A stretch of 64,000 nucleotides of DNA from an uncultured Chloroflexia bacterium (GTDB lineage: Bacteria > Chloroflexota > Limnocylindria > Limnocylindrales > CSP1-4), in the NCBI GenBank assembly GCA_963707215.1, contig CAVPPB010000003.1:800001-864000 (forward strand), written 5' to 3'. Positions 29,531-39,464 of this stretch are shown in pieces (within the stretch, counting starts at the first letter, position 1; every line of letters starts with the position of its first letter). Made by a program: the position numbers and the translations under genes. The notes beneath the pieces are model-generated. The model searched no databases. It saw nothing but the letters and a program-made list of their open reading frames with translations, and was not told the DNA's origin.

Positions 29531-30175
29531 TCAGTCGTCGTCCTCGCCACGCCACGCCTCCAGGGCCTCGCGCGCGATGAGGACCGTCATGCCGAGGGCC
29601 GCGACCGGGTCGGCCCACCACCACCCGAACAGGGCATTGGCGCCGATGCCCACGAGCAGGAAGAGCGACAGCCAGAAGCAAGCGTCGGTCTGGAACGCGT
29701 CGGCGGCCATCGCCCGGCTGCCGAGCGCGATGCTCACGCTCCGCTTCTGTCGGGCGAGCCACCACATCACCACCAGGGACACGGCCGCCAACAGGATGCC
29801 GACGAGCGAAGGCTCCGGCCGCTCACCTGCGAGCAGCGACGTCGTCGAGTCCCAGGCGATGTAGGCGGCCAGCAGGGCGAGCGACGCCGCCACGAACCGC
29901 TGGGCCCGACGCTCGACGTGCTCGATCCGCTCGAGGTCGTCCTCGTCGGCGCGTCGCTCGGCCAGGAGGCGCCAGATGAGCACGGACCCCGAGGCCGACT
30001 CGACGAACGAGTCGATCCCGAACCCGAGGAGGGCCACGGAGCCGGCCGCCGCGGCGGCGGCGATCGCGACGAGGCCCTCAACGATGTTCCAGCCGACCGT
30101 GAGGTACTCGAGGCGCAGCGCCCGGCGCAGCAACCGGGGTCGCTCGGGCGGGGTGGCGTCGAGGACGTCGCTCAT
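29531..30175 (-). CDS. Cation diffusion facilitator-like transporter, TM domain only
   Basis: LEYLTVGWNIVEG, GSVALLGFGIDS..E, AM.ADA.QT..C, WWWADPVAAL. Confidence 0.88.
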   Translation of the reverse strand: MSDVLDATPPERPRLLRRALRLEYLTVGWNIVEGLVAIAAAAAAGSVALLGFGIDSFVESASGSVLIWRLLAERRADEDDLERIEHVERRAQRFVAASLALLAAYIAWDSTTSLLAGERPEPSLVGILLAAVSLVVMWWLARQKRSVSIALGSRAMAADAFQTDACFWLSLFLLVGIGANALFGWWWADPVAALGMTVLIAREALEAWRGEDDD

Positions 30176-30359
30176 CCGTGACCGGTCCTCCCGGAACGGT
30201 GTCGATCGACGGGGCGCAGCGGGGGTGTGCGGGCCGGCGCCACGCGCCTGCGGGATCGGCCGGAGTGTACCGGCTGACGCCCATCGCGCGGGGCTCGCGT
30301 ATACTCCGCCCGTCCCGCGAGCGGTCGGTCGATCCGGTCCCGCTCGCGCCGCGACCAGC

Positions 30360-30436
30360 GGTGGCCTTAGCTCAATGGGCAGAGCACTGGATTGTGGCTC
30401 CAGAGGTTACGGGTTCAAGCCCCGTAGGCCACCCCA
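30360..30436 (+). tRNA. tRNA-His (GTG) with encoded G-1 and CCA
   Basis: Acceptor GTGGCCT/AGGCCAC, anticodon arm CTGGA-TTGTGGC-TCCAG, T-arm ACGGG-TTCAAGC-CCCGT, G-1:C73, CCA end; TATACT at 30300. Confidence 0.97.
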
Positions 30437-30617
30437 TCACTCCGCACGAGTCTCGGCCCTGACCAGCCGCCGGGCGGCGCCCCGGCGCCCCCCCGCAGGA
30501 TCGGCCAGTAGACCGGACGACCGAGGCCGGCCATGACCGATGCATCTGGTCGCGGCCGCCCGACCCGCCCGAGACTCCTGCCGACAGGACGTCGCAGTGC
30601 GCGGAGGGAGCCGGGCC

Positions 30618-31190
30618 ATGGAGCAGGCCGAGCTGTTCATCCATTCGGCCGAGATCGCCGGTGTCTTCGTCGGCTTCGGGGCGCTCATCGCCATCCGGAG
30701 CGGCGCCACGATGGCGGTGAGCGAGATCAATGCCATCCGCTGGGTCATGACGAGCGGCATCTGGGTCATCGTCGTCGCCCTGGCGCCGCTGTTCATCGCC
30801 AGCTACGGCGTCGGCGGTCGCGAGCTCTGGCTCGTCTCGGGCCTCCTGGCGCTCGGGTTCCTGGCGCTCATCGTCGTCGTGTTCACGCGCACGCCCGAGA
30901 ACGAGGCCGAGGTGCGTGCCACCATGGCCGGCACGACGAGCCGGCAGGCCGTCATGTATCTCGTGCTGTGGATGGCGCCCTCCTTCTGGCTGCCCCTGGC
31001 GAGCCTCGTCCTCGTCCTCGTCCTGGCCGTCCTCGGGCTCTTCCCTGACCAGGAGGAGGCGCTCTACCTCAGCGCGGTCGGCCTCGGCCTGTTCATGAGC
31101 GCGCTCGGCCTGTTCGTCGGGGTCTTCGGGCCGCCACCCGAGCCTGTCGACGCCGCGGAGCGGCCCGCGAGAGATGGCGCGGACGCCTGA
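30618..31190 (+). CDS. Hypothetical multi-pass membrane protein
   Basis: AEIAGVFVGFGALI N-terminus, about 5 TM segments, GGAGGGAG RBS. Confidence 0.8.
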   Translation: MEQAELFIHSAEIAGVFVGFGALIAIRSGATMAVSEINAIRWVMTSGIWVIVVALAPLFIASYGVGGRELWLVSGLLALGFLALIVVVFTRTPENEAEVRATMAGTTSRQAVMYLVLWMAPSFWLPLASLVLVLVLAVLGLFPDQEEALYLSAVGLGLFMSALGLFVGVFGPPPEPVDAAERPARDGADA

Positions 31191-31241
31191 CGTCGGCGCG
31201 CTAGCATCGGAGCGCTGACCGCCGCCCGAGGAGGCCGCCCC

Positions 31242-33344
31242 GTGGACCCGAACCACGCGATCCTGTTCGAGCCCGTCCGGATCGGGCCCAAGACCCTCCG
31301 CAACCGCTTCTACCAGGTCCCCCACTGCTCGGGCTTCGGGACCGAGAAGCCGTGGACCCAGGCGGTCCACCGGGGCGTCAAGGCCGAGGGCGGCTGGGCG
31401 GCCGTCTGCACCGAGTACGCCCCGTTCACCCCGGATACCGACGAGGCGCCCATCATCGCCGCCCGCTTCTGGGACGAGGACGACATGCGGGCGCTCCGGC
31501 TCATGACCGACGAGGCCCACCGTCATGGCGCCCTCGCCGGCCTCGAGCTCCACCACGCCGGCAACCACGCCGAGAACAACGTCACCCGCTACCCGACCCT
31601 GGCGCCCAGCCAGACGGCCTCGGACCTCCACGCCCATGTCGTCGCCAAGGCGATGGAGCGCTCGGACATCGAGCGGATCCAGCGCGCTTGGGTCGAGTCG
31701 GCGAAGCGGGCCCGGGATTGCGGCTTCGACATCGTCTACGCGTACGGCTCCCACTCGTACCTGCTCATGCAGTTCCTGTCGCCCTTCTACAACCAGCGGA
31801 CCGACGGCTACGGGGGATCGCTGGCGAACCGGGCGCGCTTCTGGCTCGAGACGCTCGAGGCGGGCAAGCAAGCCATCGGCGACGACTGCGCCGTCGCGAC
31901 CCGGATCGCCGTCGAGGGGATGGGGCCGTCGGGCATCCACCTCGACGAGGCCCTCGAGTTCGTCGCGATGGCCGACCCGTACGTCGACCTCTGGGACGTC
32001 AACGTGGGCTCGATCAGCCTCTGGAGCCACGACTCGGGCTCGTCGCGCTTCTTCGAAGAGGGCTACCAGCTCGAATGGACCGGCCGCGTCCGCGAGGCGA
32101 CGAGCAAGCCGATCGTCGGGGTGGGCCGGCTGACCAGCCCGGACCTGATGGCGAAGATCGTCCGCTCCGGCGCCTGGGACCTGGTCGGGGCGGCCCGCCC
32201 GTCGATCGCCGACCCGTTCCTGCCGACGAAGATCGCCGAGGGGCGGACCGACGAGATCCGCGAGTGCACCGGCTCGAACGTCTGCATCATGAAGGTGGAC
32301 GGCTTCGGCCACCTCGGCTGCATCCAGAACCCGACCGCCGGCGAGGAGCACCGCCGCGGCTGGCACCCCGAACGGGTCGATCCGGCGGCCGACCCGACGA
32401 CTCCGATCCTGGTCGTGGGCGCCGGGGCCGCCGGTCTCGAGTGCGCGGTCACCCTCGGCCGCCGTGGCTTCGAGCTCGTCCACCTCGTCGAGGCCGAGCG
32501 CGAGCTCGGCGGGAAGCTGCGCTGGATGCGCCGGCTGCCCGGGCTCGGCGACTGGGGCCGGATCGTCGACCACCGCCGGGTCCTGCTCGACAAGCTCGCC
32601 AACGTGGCAGTCGTGACCGGCCGCCACCTCTCGGCCGACGAGGTCCGCGACTACGGCGCCGCGATCGTCGTGCTCGCCACGGGCTCGCACTGGTCGGGCG
32701 AGGGCCTCCAGGCGAACACGCACGAGCCGATCGAGGGTGCCGACCCCTCCCTTCCCCACGTCATGACGCCCGAGCAGGTCACCGTCGAGGGCAAGCGCCC
32801 ACCGGGCCGACGGATCGTCGTCTACGACGGCGAGGGCTACGCCACCGCGCCAGGGATCGCCCAGCTTCTGGCCGCCGACGGCCTGGAGGTCACCTTCGTC
32901 ACGCCGCTGGAGGTCGTCTCGCCGGAGTCCGACCTGACCCTGGAGGGGTCGCTGCTGCGGCGCGCCCTCCACGACGCCGGGGTCCGGATGACGACCGCCG
33001 TGACGATCACCGCGATCGAGCCGGGGCGGGTGACCGGGGAGACGGAGTTCGAGGAGCCGTGGGCACTCGAAACCGACGGGATCGTCCTGGTCACCCAGCA
33101 GGTCTCCGATGATGCGCTCTACCGCGAGCTGGTCGGGGACCCCGAGGCCCTGGCGGCCGCCGGCATCGCCCGGGTCGTCCGGATCGGTGACGCCGTGGCC
33201 CCGCGGATGCTCTCCGAGGCGGTCTTCGAGGGCCACCGGGCGGCCCGCGAGATCGAGCTCGCGGACCCGATGGCGGTCCGCCTCTTCGACCGCGAGCGCC
33301 GGGTACCTGACGTGGCAGCGGCGGCCGAGCGAGCGAGCGCGTGA
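31242..33344 (+). CDS. Trimethylamine/dimethylamine/histamine dehydrogenase-like Fe-S flavoenzyme
   Basis: NRFYQVPHC (cysteinyl-FMN site), KAEGGWA, YGSHSYL, ARPSIADPFLP.KI, QNPTAGEE.RRGWHPE, GAGAAGLE, IGDAVAP. Confidence 0.9.
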   Translation: MDPNHAILFEPVRIGPKTLRNRFYQVPHCSGFGTEKPWTQAVHRGVKAEGGWAAVCTEYAPFTPDTDEAPIIAARFWDEDDMRALRLMTDEAHRHGALAGLELHHAGNHAENNVTRYPTLAPSQTASDLHAHVVAKAMERSDIERIQRAWVESAKRARDCGFDIVYAYGSHSYLLMQFLSPFYNQRTDGYGGSLANRARFWLETLEAGKQAIGDDCAVATRIAVEGMGPSGIHLDEALEFVAMADPYVDLWDVNVGSISLWSHDSGSSRFFEEGYQLEWTGRVREATSKPIVGVGRLTSPDLMAKIVRSGAWDLVGAARPSIADPFLPTKIAEGRTDEIRECTGSNVCIMKVDGFGHLGCIQNPTAGEEHRRGWHPERVDPAADPTTPILVVGAGAAGLECAVTLGRRGFELVHLVEAERELGGKLRWMRRLPGLGDWGRIVDHRRVLLDKLANVAVVTGRHLSADEVRDYGAAIVVLATGSHWSGEGLQANTHEPIEGADPSLPHVMTPEQVTVEGKRPPGRRIVVYDGEGYATAPGIAQLLAADGLEVTFVTPLEVVSPESDLTLEGSLLRRALHDAGVRMTTAVTITAIEPGRVTGETEFEEPWALETDGIVLVTQQVSDDALYRELVGDPEALAAAGIARVVRIGDAVAPRMLSEAVFEGHRAAREIELADPMAVRLFDRERRVPDVAAAAERASA

Positions 33345-33366
33345 CGACGAGGGCGAGGAGGCCGCG

Positions 33367-33768
33367 ATGAGCGATGCAAGACGGGTCCGCCAGCTGCGCC
33401 TGGTCGTGACCGCCGAGGACTACGACGAGGCGCTGCGGTTCTACCGCGACGTCCTGGGGATGCCCCAGGAGGCAGCCTTCGTGGCCGAGGGCGGCCGGGT
33501 CACGATCCTGGACGCCGGACGGGCGACGCTCGAGCTGACGGATCCGGTCCACGCCGCCTACATCGACCGGGTGGAGGTCGGTCGCCGGGTCGCCGGCCAC
33601 ATCCGGGTCGCGATCGAGGTCGACGACTCGCGCGCCGCGACGGACGCGGCGGTCGCCGCCGGGGCAGAGCTGGTCGCCGCCCCGGTCCGCACGCCCTGGG
33701 ACTCGCTCAACGCCAGGCTCCAGGGACCGGCAGGGCTCCAGCTGACGCTGTTCACCGAGCTGGGATGA
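33367..33768 (+). CDS. VOC / glyoxalase family protein
   Basis: QLRLVVTAEDYDEALRFYRDVLG..TPWDSLNARL..PAGLQLTLF. Confidence 0.9.
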   Translation: MSDARRVRQLRLVVTAEDYDEALRFYRDVLGMPQEAAFVAEGGRVTILDAGRATLELTDPVHAAYIDRVEVGRRVAGHIRVAIEVDDSRAATDAAVAAGAELVAAPVRTPWDSLNARLQGPAGLQLTLFTELG

Positions 33769-34274
33769 GGGTCGGGCCCATGAAGACGCTGCTCGGCATG
33801 CTGCCCTGGGCCATCGTCCTGGCCATCGGCGGGGTCGTCATCTGGTTCGTGCTCGACCGGCAGATAGCCGCCGGGCGGTGGCTGCTCGCCGGCCTGATCC
33901 TTGGCCATGGCCTGGTCCACGTGCTCTACCTGGTCCCCGCCCCGGCGGCCGGCTCGGGGGATGGGCCCCAGTGGCCGTTCGACCTCGGGCGAGGCTGGCT
34001 GGTCGAGTCGCTCGGCCCCGATCCGGGTCTCGTCCGGGCGGGCGCGATCGTCCTCATCGGGATCGTCGTCGTCGCCTTCGCCCTCGGGGCGCTCGCGACC
34101 GTCGGGATCGTGGTGCCGGTCGACTGGTGGGCGCCACTCGTCGTCGTCGGCTCGGTCGCCTCGCTCGTCCTGCTGGTCCTCGCCTTCCACCCGCAGCTCG
34201 TCCTGGGGATCGGCATCGATGTCGCCCTGCTGATCGTCGTCCTCGGCTCGCTCTGGAGTCCGGCGGCGACCTGA
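33765..34274 (+). CDS. Membrane protein
   Basis: ATGA overlap with the VOC gene; HGLVH motif in a TM segment; about 5 TM. Confidence 0.75.
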   Translation: MRVGPMKTLLGMLPWAIVLAIGGVVIWFVLDRQIAAGRWLLAGLILGHGLVHVLYLVPAPAAGSGDGPQWPFDLGRGWLVESLGPDPGLVRAGAIVLIGIVVVAFALGALATVGIVVPVDWWAPLVVVGSVASLVLLVLAFHPQLVLGIGIDVALLIVVLGSLWSPAAT

Positions 34275-34465
34275 CGAGCCCAGCCTGATCCGCGGGCACG
34301 CTCGGAACGGAAGCCCACGGCCTGCCAACGGCGGTACGTCGCGTGGAACGCGGCCGTGAGATCGGCGCGCGGCCTGCTCGCGGAGATTGAACGAGGGGGC
34401 CTGTCGGGGCCGTCATTACCAGCAGGGTCGATCGGCCCTGAAGTGCCCTCGATAGGAGGCGTCCC

Positions 34466-35383
34466 ATGTCCAGCCAGCCAACCGGCGGATCACGGCGAGG
34501 GGTCGCGATCGCGCTGGCAACGGTGGTCCTGCTCACGGCCGGCCTGGCCGGCTCGGCGGCGGCCATGCAGTTCGGGCCCTGGCGAACGGCGGTCTCGGCG
34601 GAGAGCCTGCCCGGCACCAGCTCCGCCCTGAACTCGGCCTTCAACGACGGCTGCCCGATCCAGGCACCCGACGGGCTCAGCCTGTACCAGGCCTCGAACC
34701 GCCCCGACGGCCTTGGCGGCATCGATATCTGGGTCGCCACCCGGTCCAGCACCGCGGAGCCGTTCGGGGCCCCGGTCAACCTCGGCGCTCCCATCAACAG
34801 TGCCGCCGACGACTTCTGTCCGACCCCGGTCCGCGGCAAGGGTCTCTTCTTCGTCAGCTCGCGGGCCGTCGCCGGGGCCTGCGGCGGGCCGGACATCTAC
34901 TTCAGCCGCGACAATCCGGCCCACGGCTGGACGGCACCCGTCAACCTCGGTTGCCAGGTCAACAGCCCCGCGGGCGAGGCGGGGCCGTCGTACTTCGAGG
35001 CCGGCGGGTCGGCCTACCTGTACTTCTCGAGCGGGCCGGACCTCTACATGAGCGTCCGCGGTGCCGACGGCACGTGGGGGCCGCGGAGCGCGGTCAGCGA
35101 GCTCAACTCGGCGTCTGCGGACCTGCGACCCAACGTCCGCAAGGGCGGGCTCGAGATCGTCTTCGACTCGGATCGGCCGGGCACGCTCGGCGGCCCGGAC
35201 CTCTGGTTCGCCACCCGGGCCAGCGTCCACGACTCCTGGTCGACGCCGGTCAACGCAGGCCCCGCGATCAACACCGCCGCCGGCGAGACCCGTGGCTCGT
35301 TCAGCTGGGACGGCGCCACGCTCTACTTCGGGCGTGGGCCCGGCCCCGACGGCGGCTCCGACATCTTCGTCACGACCCGCTAG
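34466..35383 (+). CDS. Secreted PD40/WD40-like beta-propeller protein
   Basis: Signal peptide; repeats of PVNLG..INS...D..P....G..LYF.S.RP...GG.DIW. Confidence 0.88.
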   Translation: MSSQPTGGSRRGVAIALATVVLLTAGLAGSAAAMQFGPWRTAVSAESLPGTSSALNSAFNDGCPIQAPDGLSLYQASNRPDGLGGIDIWVATRSSTAEPFGAPVNLGAPINSAADDFCPTPVRGKGLFFVSSRAVAGACGGPDIYFSRDNPAHGWTAPVNLGCQVNSPAGEAGPSYFEAGGSAYLYFSSGPDLYMSVRGADGTWGPRSAVSELNSASADLRPNVRKGGLEIVFDSDRPGTLGGPDLWFATRASVHDSWSTPVNAGPAINTAAGETRGSFSWDGATLYFGRGPGPDGGSDIFVTTR

Positions 35384-35429
35384 CCCCTCCGAGGCGGTGC
35401 CGGCCCTGCCGGCCCCTCGCCAGGACACC

Positions 35430-35465
35430 GAGGAGCCCCGTCACCGGCTGGTGGCGGGGCTCCTC
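35430..35465. terminator. Bidirectional hairpin between convergent genes
   Basis: GAGGAGCCCCGTCACC-GGCT-GGTGGCGGGGCTCCTC. Confidence 0.6.
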
Positions 35466-35493
35466 CCTGGGTGCCGCTTCTGGTGCCGCCCCC

Positions 35494-35883
35494 TCAGCGG
35501 CCGATCAGACGGGCGAGCACCTCGTAGCCCTCGGCCGTCCCAGGCCAGCGTCGGCGCAGCTCGTCGCCGCCCATCGTCGCCCGGACGAAGCGCAGGACGA
35601 GCACCGCGACGATGACGTCGTCGAGCGGCCCCAGGACCGGGATGAACTCGGGGACGAGATCGATCGGCATCACGAGCCAGGCGACGAGGAAGACGAGGGC
35701 CAGCCGGACCCGGAGCGGGACGGTCCTGTCGGCCACGAGGTCGCGCCCCAGGCGAAGCACATCGGGCACGACCGAGACCACGGCGCCGAGGCCGACATCC
35801 TGCGGCCGGGCCAGGTAGAGCAGGACGAGGAGCAGCGCCCAGACCGCGATGAGCCCGAGGGCGACGCCGAGGACGATCTCGAT
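35494..35883 (-). CDS. DUF1232 (YkvA) membrane protein with apparent ATC start
   Basis: PIDLVPEFIPVLGPLDD, LRRRWPG. Frame is open upstream of the called GTG (35781) through a TM helix to ATC 35883, 7 nt after GGAGG. Confidence 0.85.
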   Translation of the reverse strand: MEIVLGVALGLIAVWALLLVLLYLARPQDVGLGAVVSVVPDVLRLGRDLVADRTVPLRVRLALVFLVAWLVMPIDLVPEFIPVLGPLDDVIVAVLVLRFVRATMGGDELRRRWPGTAEGYEVLARLIGR

Positions 35884-35907
35884 GGCAGGACCTCCGGTGG
35901 ACGCGCC

Positions 35908-36567
35908 TCAGGGCTCGCTGCGGTCTTCTATCTCCCAGGCGTGGTCGAGCGCGTGCCAGGCGATCCGCCGAGCGGCGTAGCGCTGGGGCCAGTGGCGCCC
36001 GGCGAGCGACGACCCGTCAGACGGCGCCCGGAGCACGTCGAGCATGGCGGCCCGCATCGCCGCGATCCCGGCGTCGTCCCACGGGACCGCCGGACGGAGC
36101 CGCACCCCGATCTCCCTGGCGTAGGCCGCGTCGGCTTCGACGACGTGGGCGACGATCTTCGAGCGGTCCCGGCCGCCCCCGCGGGGACCCCTCCGGAGGA
36201 CCTCGGGCGCCGCCGTCGCGACATCGTCGAAGGTCGCCCAAGCCGCCGCCACGATGGCCGCCAGTCGCTCGGCCTCGGCTCGGTCGACCGGCGCTCGATC
36301 GGCCTCGGCGATCGCGCTCGGCACGCCGAAGTCGGTCCCGGAGCCGCCGACCAGCCGCTCCGCGATCTCGACGCCGGCCGGGTCCGGGATCGGCGCGAGC
36401 CCGGCCCGCTCCACGACCGACGCATACCGGGGCGCGGCCGCAAGGAGCGCCTCGATCGCGAGCGGTTCGTCCTTCCCAGCGCGCGCCCAGCCGGGCCGGT
36501 CGAGGGCGATGGCGAAGGTCCGCCGATGGGCGACCTCCACCGCGAGACGCAGGGGCTCCGGCTCCAC
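35908..36567 (-). CDS. Conserved hypothetical protein (DinB-like His motif)
   Basis: TFA.ALD.PGWAR.GK, LRRGPRGGGRDR.KIV.HV, W..RYAARR.AWHALDHAWEIEDRS. Confidence 0.8.
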   Translation of the reverse strand: MEPEPLRLAVEVAHRRTFAIALDRPGWARAGKDEPLAIEALLAAAPRYASVVERAGLAPIPDPAGVEIAERLVGGSGTDFGVPSAIAEADRAPVDRAEAERLAAIVAAAWATFDDVATAAPEVLRRGPRGGGRDRSKIVAHVVEADAAYAREIGVRLRPAVPWDDAGIAAMRAAMLDVLRAPSDGSSLAGRHWPQRYAARRIAWHALDHAWEIEDRSEP

Positions 36568-36636
36568 GGGTCCATCGTACGCCCGGCCGCGGGGGCGCGG
36601 GTCCCGGCGCACCGAGCGTCGCCTGGTCGCGACCCG

Positions 36637-37446
36637 CTAACGGACGACGACCTCGGGCGGCTCGATGGCGTACGGCTCCGTCGCCCCGGAGACCGAGTCG
36701 ACCTTGAAGGCCAGCGACGGCGCCACGTCCGTCCCGCGATGGCGGAGGTGGACCTCGGACCAGTCGTACGGGGCGATCATGTTGTGCCAGGCGATCGTCA
36801 TCTCCCAGTCGTCCGACCAGTAGGCGTAGTGCGAGACGACGAGGAGCGTCGAGACGAACTCCGGGTCCCAGGCCGTGTCGGCGGTGATGCCCAGCTCGGG
36901 ATGCTCGGCGACGAGCCAGGCGAGCCAGCGCTCGAAGTGGGGCTGGGCGTCGGCGCCTCGCTCGTCGGCCATCGGGAAGATGGGCAGCGAGCGCGTCTCG
37001 GTCTGGGTCGCTCCGTCACGGGAGGCGGAGATGGTGACCGAGGCGGTCGTCTCCGTCGTGGCCGGGTCGGGCACGACCCAGACCTCCCCGACGACCCCCG
37101 GCAGCAGCTCGGTCGGCAGGATGCGCTCGACCGTGGCGCCATCGGCCGTCGCCTCGATGGTGACCGGGGCGGCGCCGTCGGCCGGACCCTCGACGGTGAC
37201 GAGGAAGCAGACCCGCTGGCCAGGGATGGCCATCCGGACCTCTGGCGGATCCTCGGGTGGGACGACGACGAGGCCGAGCTTGGGATCCCCGGACGACGGG
37301 GACGGCTCCGCGGATGGCAGGGGCGAGACGTCGGGCGGCAGCGAGCGGTCCGGCGATGGGGAGAGGCTCGGCGCCTCTGAGCCGGTGCAGCCGGCCAGCG
37401 CCAGGCCGAGGCCGACGAGGATGGGGAGAGACCGGGTGGCGCGCAT
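36637..37446 (-). CDS. Lipoprotein of unknown function
   Basis: Lipobox LALAGC, Pro/Ser linker. Confidence 0.75.
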   Translation of the reverse strand: MRATRSLPILVGLGLALAGCTGSEAPSLSPSPDRSLPPDVSPLPSAEPSPSSGDPKLGLVVVPPEDPPEVRMAIPGQRVCFLVTVEGPADGAAPVTIEATADGATVERILPTELLPGVVGEVWVVPDPATTETTASVTISASRDGATQTETRSLPIFPMADERGADAQPHFERWLAWLVAEHPELGITADTAWDPEFVSTLLVVSHYAYWSDDWEMTIAWHNMIAPYDWSEVHLRHRGTDVAPSLAFKVDSVSGATEPYAIEPPEVVVR

Positions 37447-37548
37447 CGTTCGAGGCTCCCTGTGGACGCACTCGGGACGCCGTCGGTATGACGCCGCCGA
37501 TCGGTCAGCGGTTGCCGGCGTTCCGCGGCCCGCCCTCCCCGACCCCGC

Positions 37549-38724
37549 TCAGCCCTCTCGGAGCGCCTCGACCATCGCCAGGACGTTCTCCGGAGGGGCG
37601 TCCGGCTGGACGTTGTGGACCGCCGCGAAGACGAAGCCGCCGCCTGGCGCCAGGTCACCGACCCGCCGCCGCACCTCCGCCCGCACCTCCTCCGGCGTGC
37701 CGAAAGGCAGGACCCGCTGGGTGTCGACGCCGCCGCCCCAGAAGACGAGGTCGCGGCCGTACTCCCGCTTCAGCTCGGCGGTGTCCATGCCGGCCGCCGA
37801 GACCTGGACCGGGTTGAGGACGTCGACCCCGATCTCGATGAGGTCAGGGATGAGCTCCCGGATCGCCCCGCACGAGTGGAAGAAGACCTTCGCGTCGGTG
37901 CGAGCGTGCAGGAACTCGAACAGCCGCCGATGGAGCGGCTTGACCAGCTCCCGGTAGGTCGCCGGGGAGAAGAGGGTCCGCTCCTGTCCGCCCAGGTCGT
38001 CCGCCTCACCGACGACGTCGACCAGGCCGTCGAGCTCCGCCAGGATCCGCTCCCAGTAGGCCAGCTTGATCTCCAGGATCCGCTCCATGATCCGGCCGGC
38101 CCGGGCCTGGTCGGCCTTGAGGTCGATGTAGCCGTCCTCGAAGCCGCGGAGCTTGAAGAGCCCCTCGGTCAGACCCCCGCAGATCGACCCGACGTGGACC
38201 GCCCGTCGCTCCTCATCGGAGATCCGGCGGGCCGTCTCGACCATCCCCTCGAAGCGAGCCGGATCGGTCGGATCGGGCCAGGCGTAGGTGGCGATCGCCC
38301 GCTCGTCGATCTCGCCGGCCAGCGGCGGGGCCACCGGATCGAAGTACAGCCCACCGTCGCGGGGCATCTTCCGCCCGACGCCCCACTCATCGACGAAGGT
38401 CAGGTAGCGGCCATCGTCCCGCAGCTCGCGGCGGTAGGTCGAGGCTGACCGGGGGGCCACCAGCCGAACGTCGACCCCGAGCGCGTCGAGGACGTCGTCC
38501 TCGACCTCGGCCAGCTGCTGGGTGACGTCGCCGATGCGCGGCTCGCCGACCGGCAGCCCCAAGGCAGAGCGGAGCCGGGCATACGCTCGGACATGGATCC
38601 CGGTGACCCGCGAGCCACCGAGGTCGAGCGGGATCCGGTCGGGCTCGCGATGCGCAAGGGCGTCGCGGACGCGGCCGCGACCGTCCGACCCGGGCGACGG
38701 CGCCGCCGAACCGTCGCCGCTCAT
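37549..38724 (-). CDS. Uroporphyrinogen decarboxylase family protein (MtaA/CmuA-like)
   Basis: [61 protein letters not shown]. Confidence 0.88.
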   Translation of the reverse strand: MSGDGSAAPSPGSDGRGRVRDALAHREPDRIPLDLGGSRVTGIHVRAYARLRSALGLPVGEPRIGDVTQQLAEVEDDVLDALGVDVRLVAPRSASTYRRELRDDGRYLTFVDEWGVGRKMPRDGGLYFDPVAPPLAGEIDERAIATYAWPDPTDPARFEGMVETARRISDEERRAVHVGSICGGLTEGLFKLRGFEDGYIDLKADQARAGRIMERILEIKLAYWERILAELDGLVDVVGEADDLGGQERTLFSPATYRELVKPLHRRLFEFLHARTDAKVFFHSCGAIRELIPDLIEIGVDVLNPVQVSAAGMDTAELKREYGRDLVFWGGGVDTQRVLPFGTPEEVRAEVRRRVGDLAPGGGFVFAAVHNVQPDAPPENVLAMVEALREG

Positions 38725-39464
38725 CGAGGACGGGGGCCCTCGGTCGACGGTTCCTCGACATCGAAGCGGACATCGAGAGCGTACCGATCGGCCGGGTAGC
38801 GGGACTCGGTCAGCTCGATCCGTCGCCCGTGCGCATCCTGGATGATGCGCCGCTCGACGAGGAGCGGATGGCCCGGCGCGACCCCGAGCCGGGCGGCGTC
38901 GTCCCCGCTGGCCGCGGCCGCCCCGATGGTCGCGAGACCGCGCCGCAGCACGATCCCCTGCCCCGCCAGCGCCTCGTGGAGCGACCCGGTCTCGAGGTCC
39001 GCCGTCATGACCGCCGACGCACAGGCCTCGACGAGGACCGCCGTCTCCAGGGCGGTCGGCTGGTCGTCGGCGCAGCGGACCCGCCGGAGCACGATGACGG
39101 GACTGCCCTCGCGAAGGTCGAGGGCCGCCGCCTCGTCGGCGGTCGCCGGCCGGATCCGCCGCTCCAGCAGCCTCGAGCTCGGCCGGCGGCCGCGGCGACG
39201 CATCTCGCTGGAGAAGGTCAGGAGGCGATTGGCGCGCCGGTGATCAGGCGGCTCGGCGACGAAGCTGCCGCGCCCCGGCTGACGGATCACCAACCCCTCG
39301 TCGGTCAGGCGTTGCACGGCGTTGCGGGCGGTCATCCGGCTGACCCCGAACTCGGCGCACAGGTCAGCGTCGGAGGGCAGCCGGTCACCCGGCTTGAGCC
39401 CGGCGGTGCGTTCACGCAGGGCCTGTTCGATCCGCCGGTAGCGGGGCACGTAGTCGCGCGTCAT
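38721..39464 (-). CDS. GntR/HutC regulator with UTRA domain (NagR/DasR-like)
   Basis: [38 protein letters not shown]-terminal ES.Y.ADRY. Confidence 0.92.
   Translation of the reverse strand: MTRDYVPRYRRIEQALRERTAGLKPGDRLPSDADLCAEFGVSRMTARNAVQRLTDEGLVIRQPGRGSFVAEPPDHRRANRLLTFSSEMRRRGRRPSSRLLERRIRPATADEAAALDLREGSPVIVLRRVRCADDQPTALETAVLVEACASAVMTADLETGSLHEALAGQGIVLRRGLATIGAAAASGDDAARLGVAPGHPLLVERRIIQDAHGRRIELTESRYPADRYALDVRFDVEEPSTEGPRPR

Noticed and set aside
34388-34440. ECF promoter TGAAC..CGTC and an 18-bp near-palindrome before the PD40 gene
   Set aside because: Spacer of 18 nt is atypical and a single GC-rich palindrome is weak evidence
35884-35910. TGA read-through (selenocysteine) fusing 35908..36567 with DUF1232
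   Set aside because: The upstream protein appears complete, the downstream gene has its own SD and no SECIS-like element was recognised
30360-37500. Genomic island integrated at tRNA-His
   Set aside because: No integrase, no duplicated tRNA 3' end and no obvious compositional shift seen
37549-38724. Assignment as hemE
   Set aside because: Lacks the RQAGR motif of true uroporphyrinogen decarboxylases
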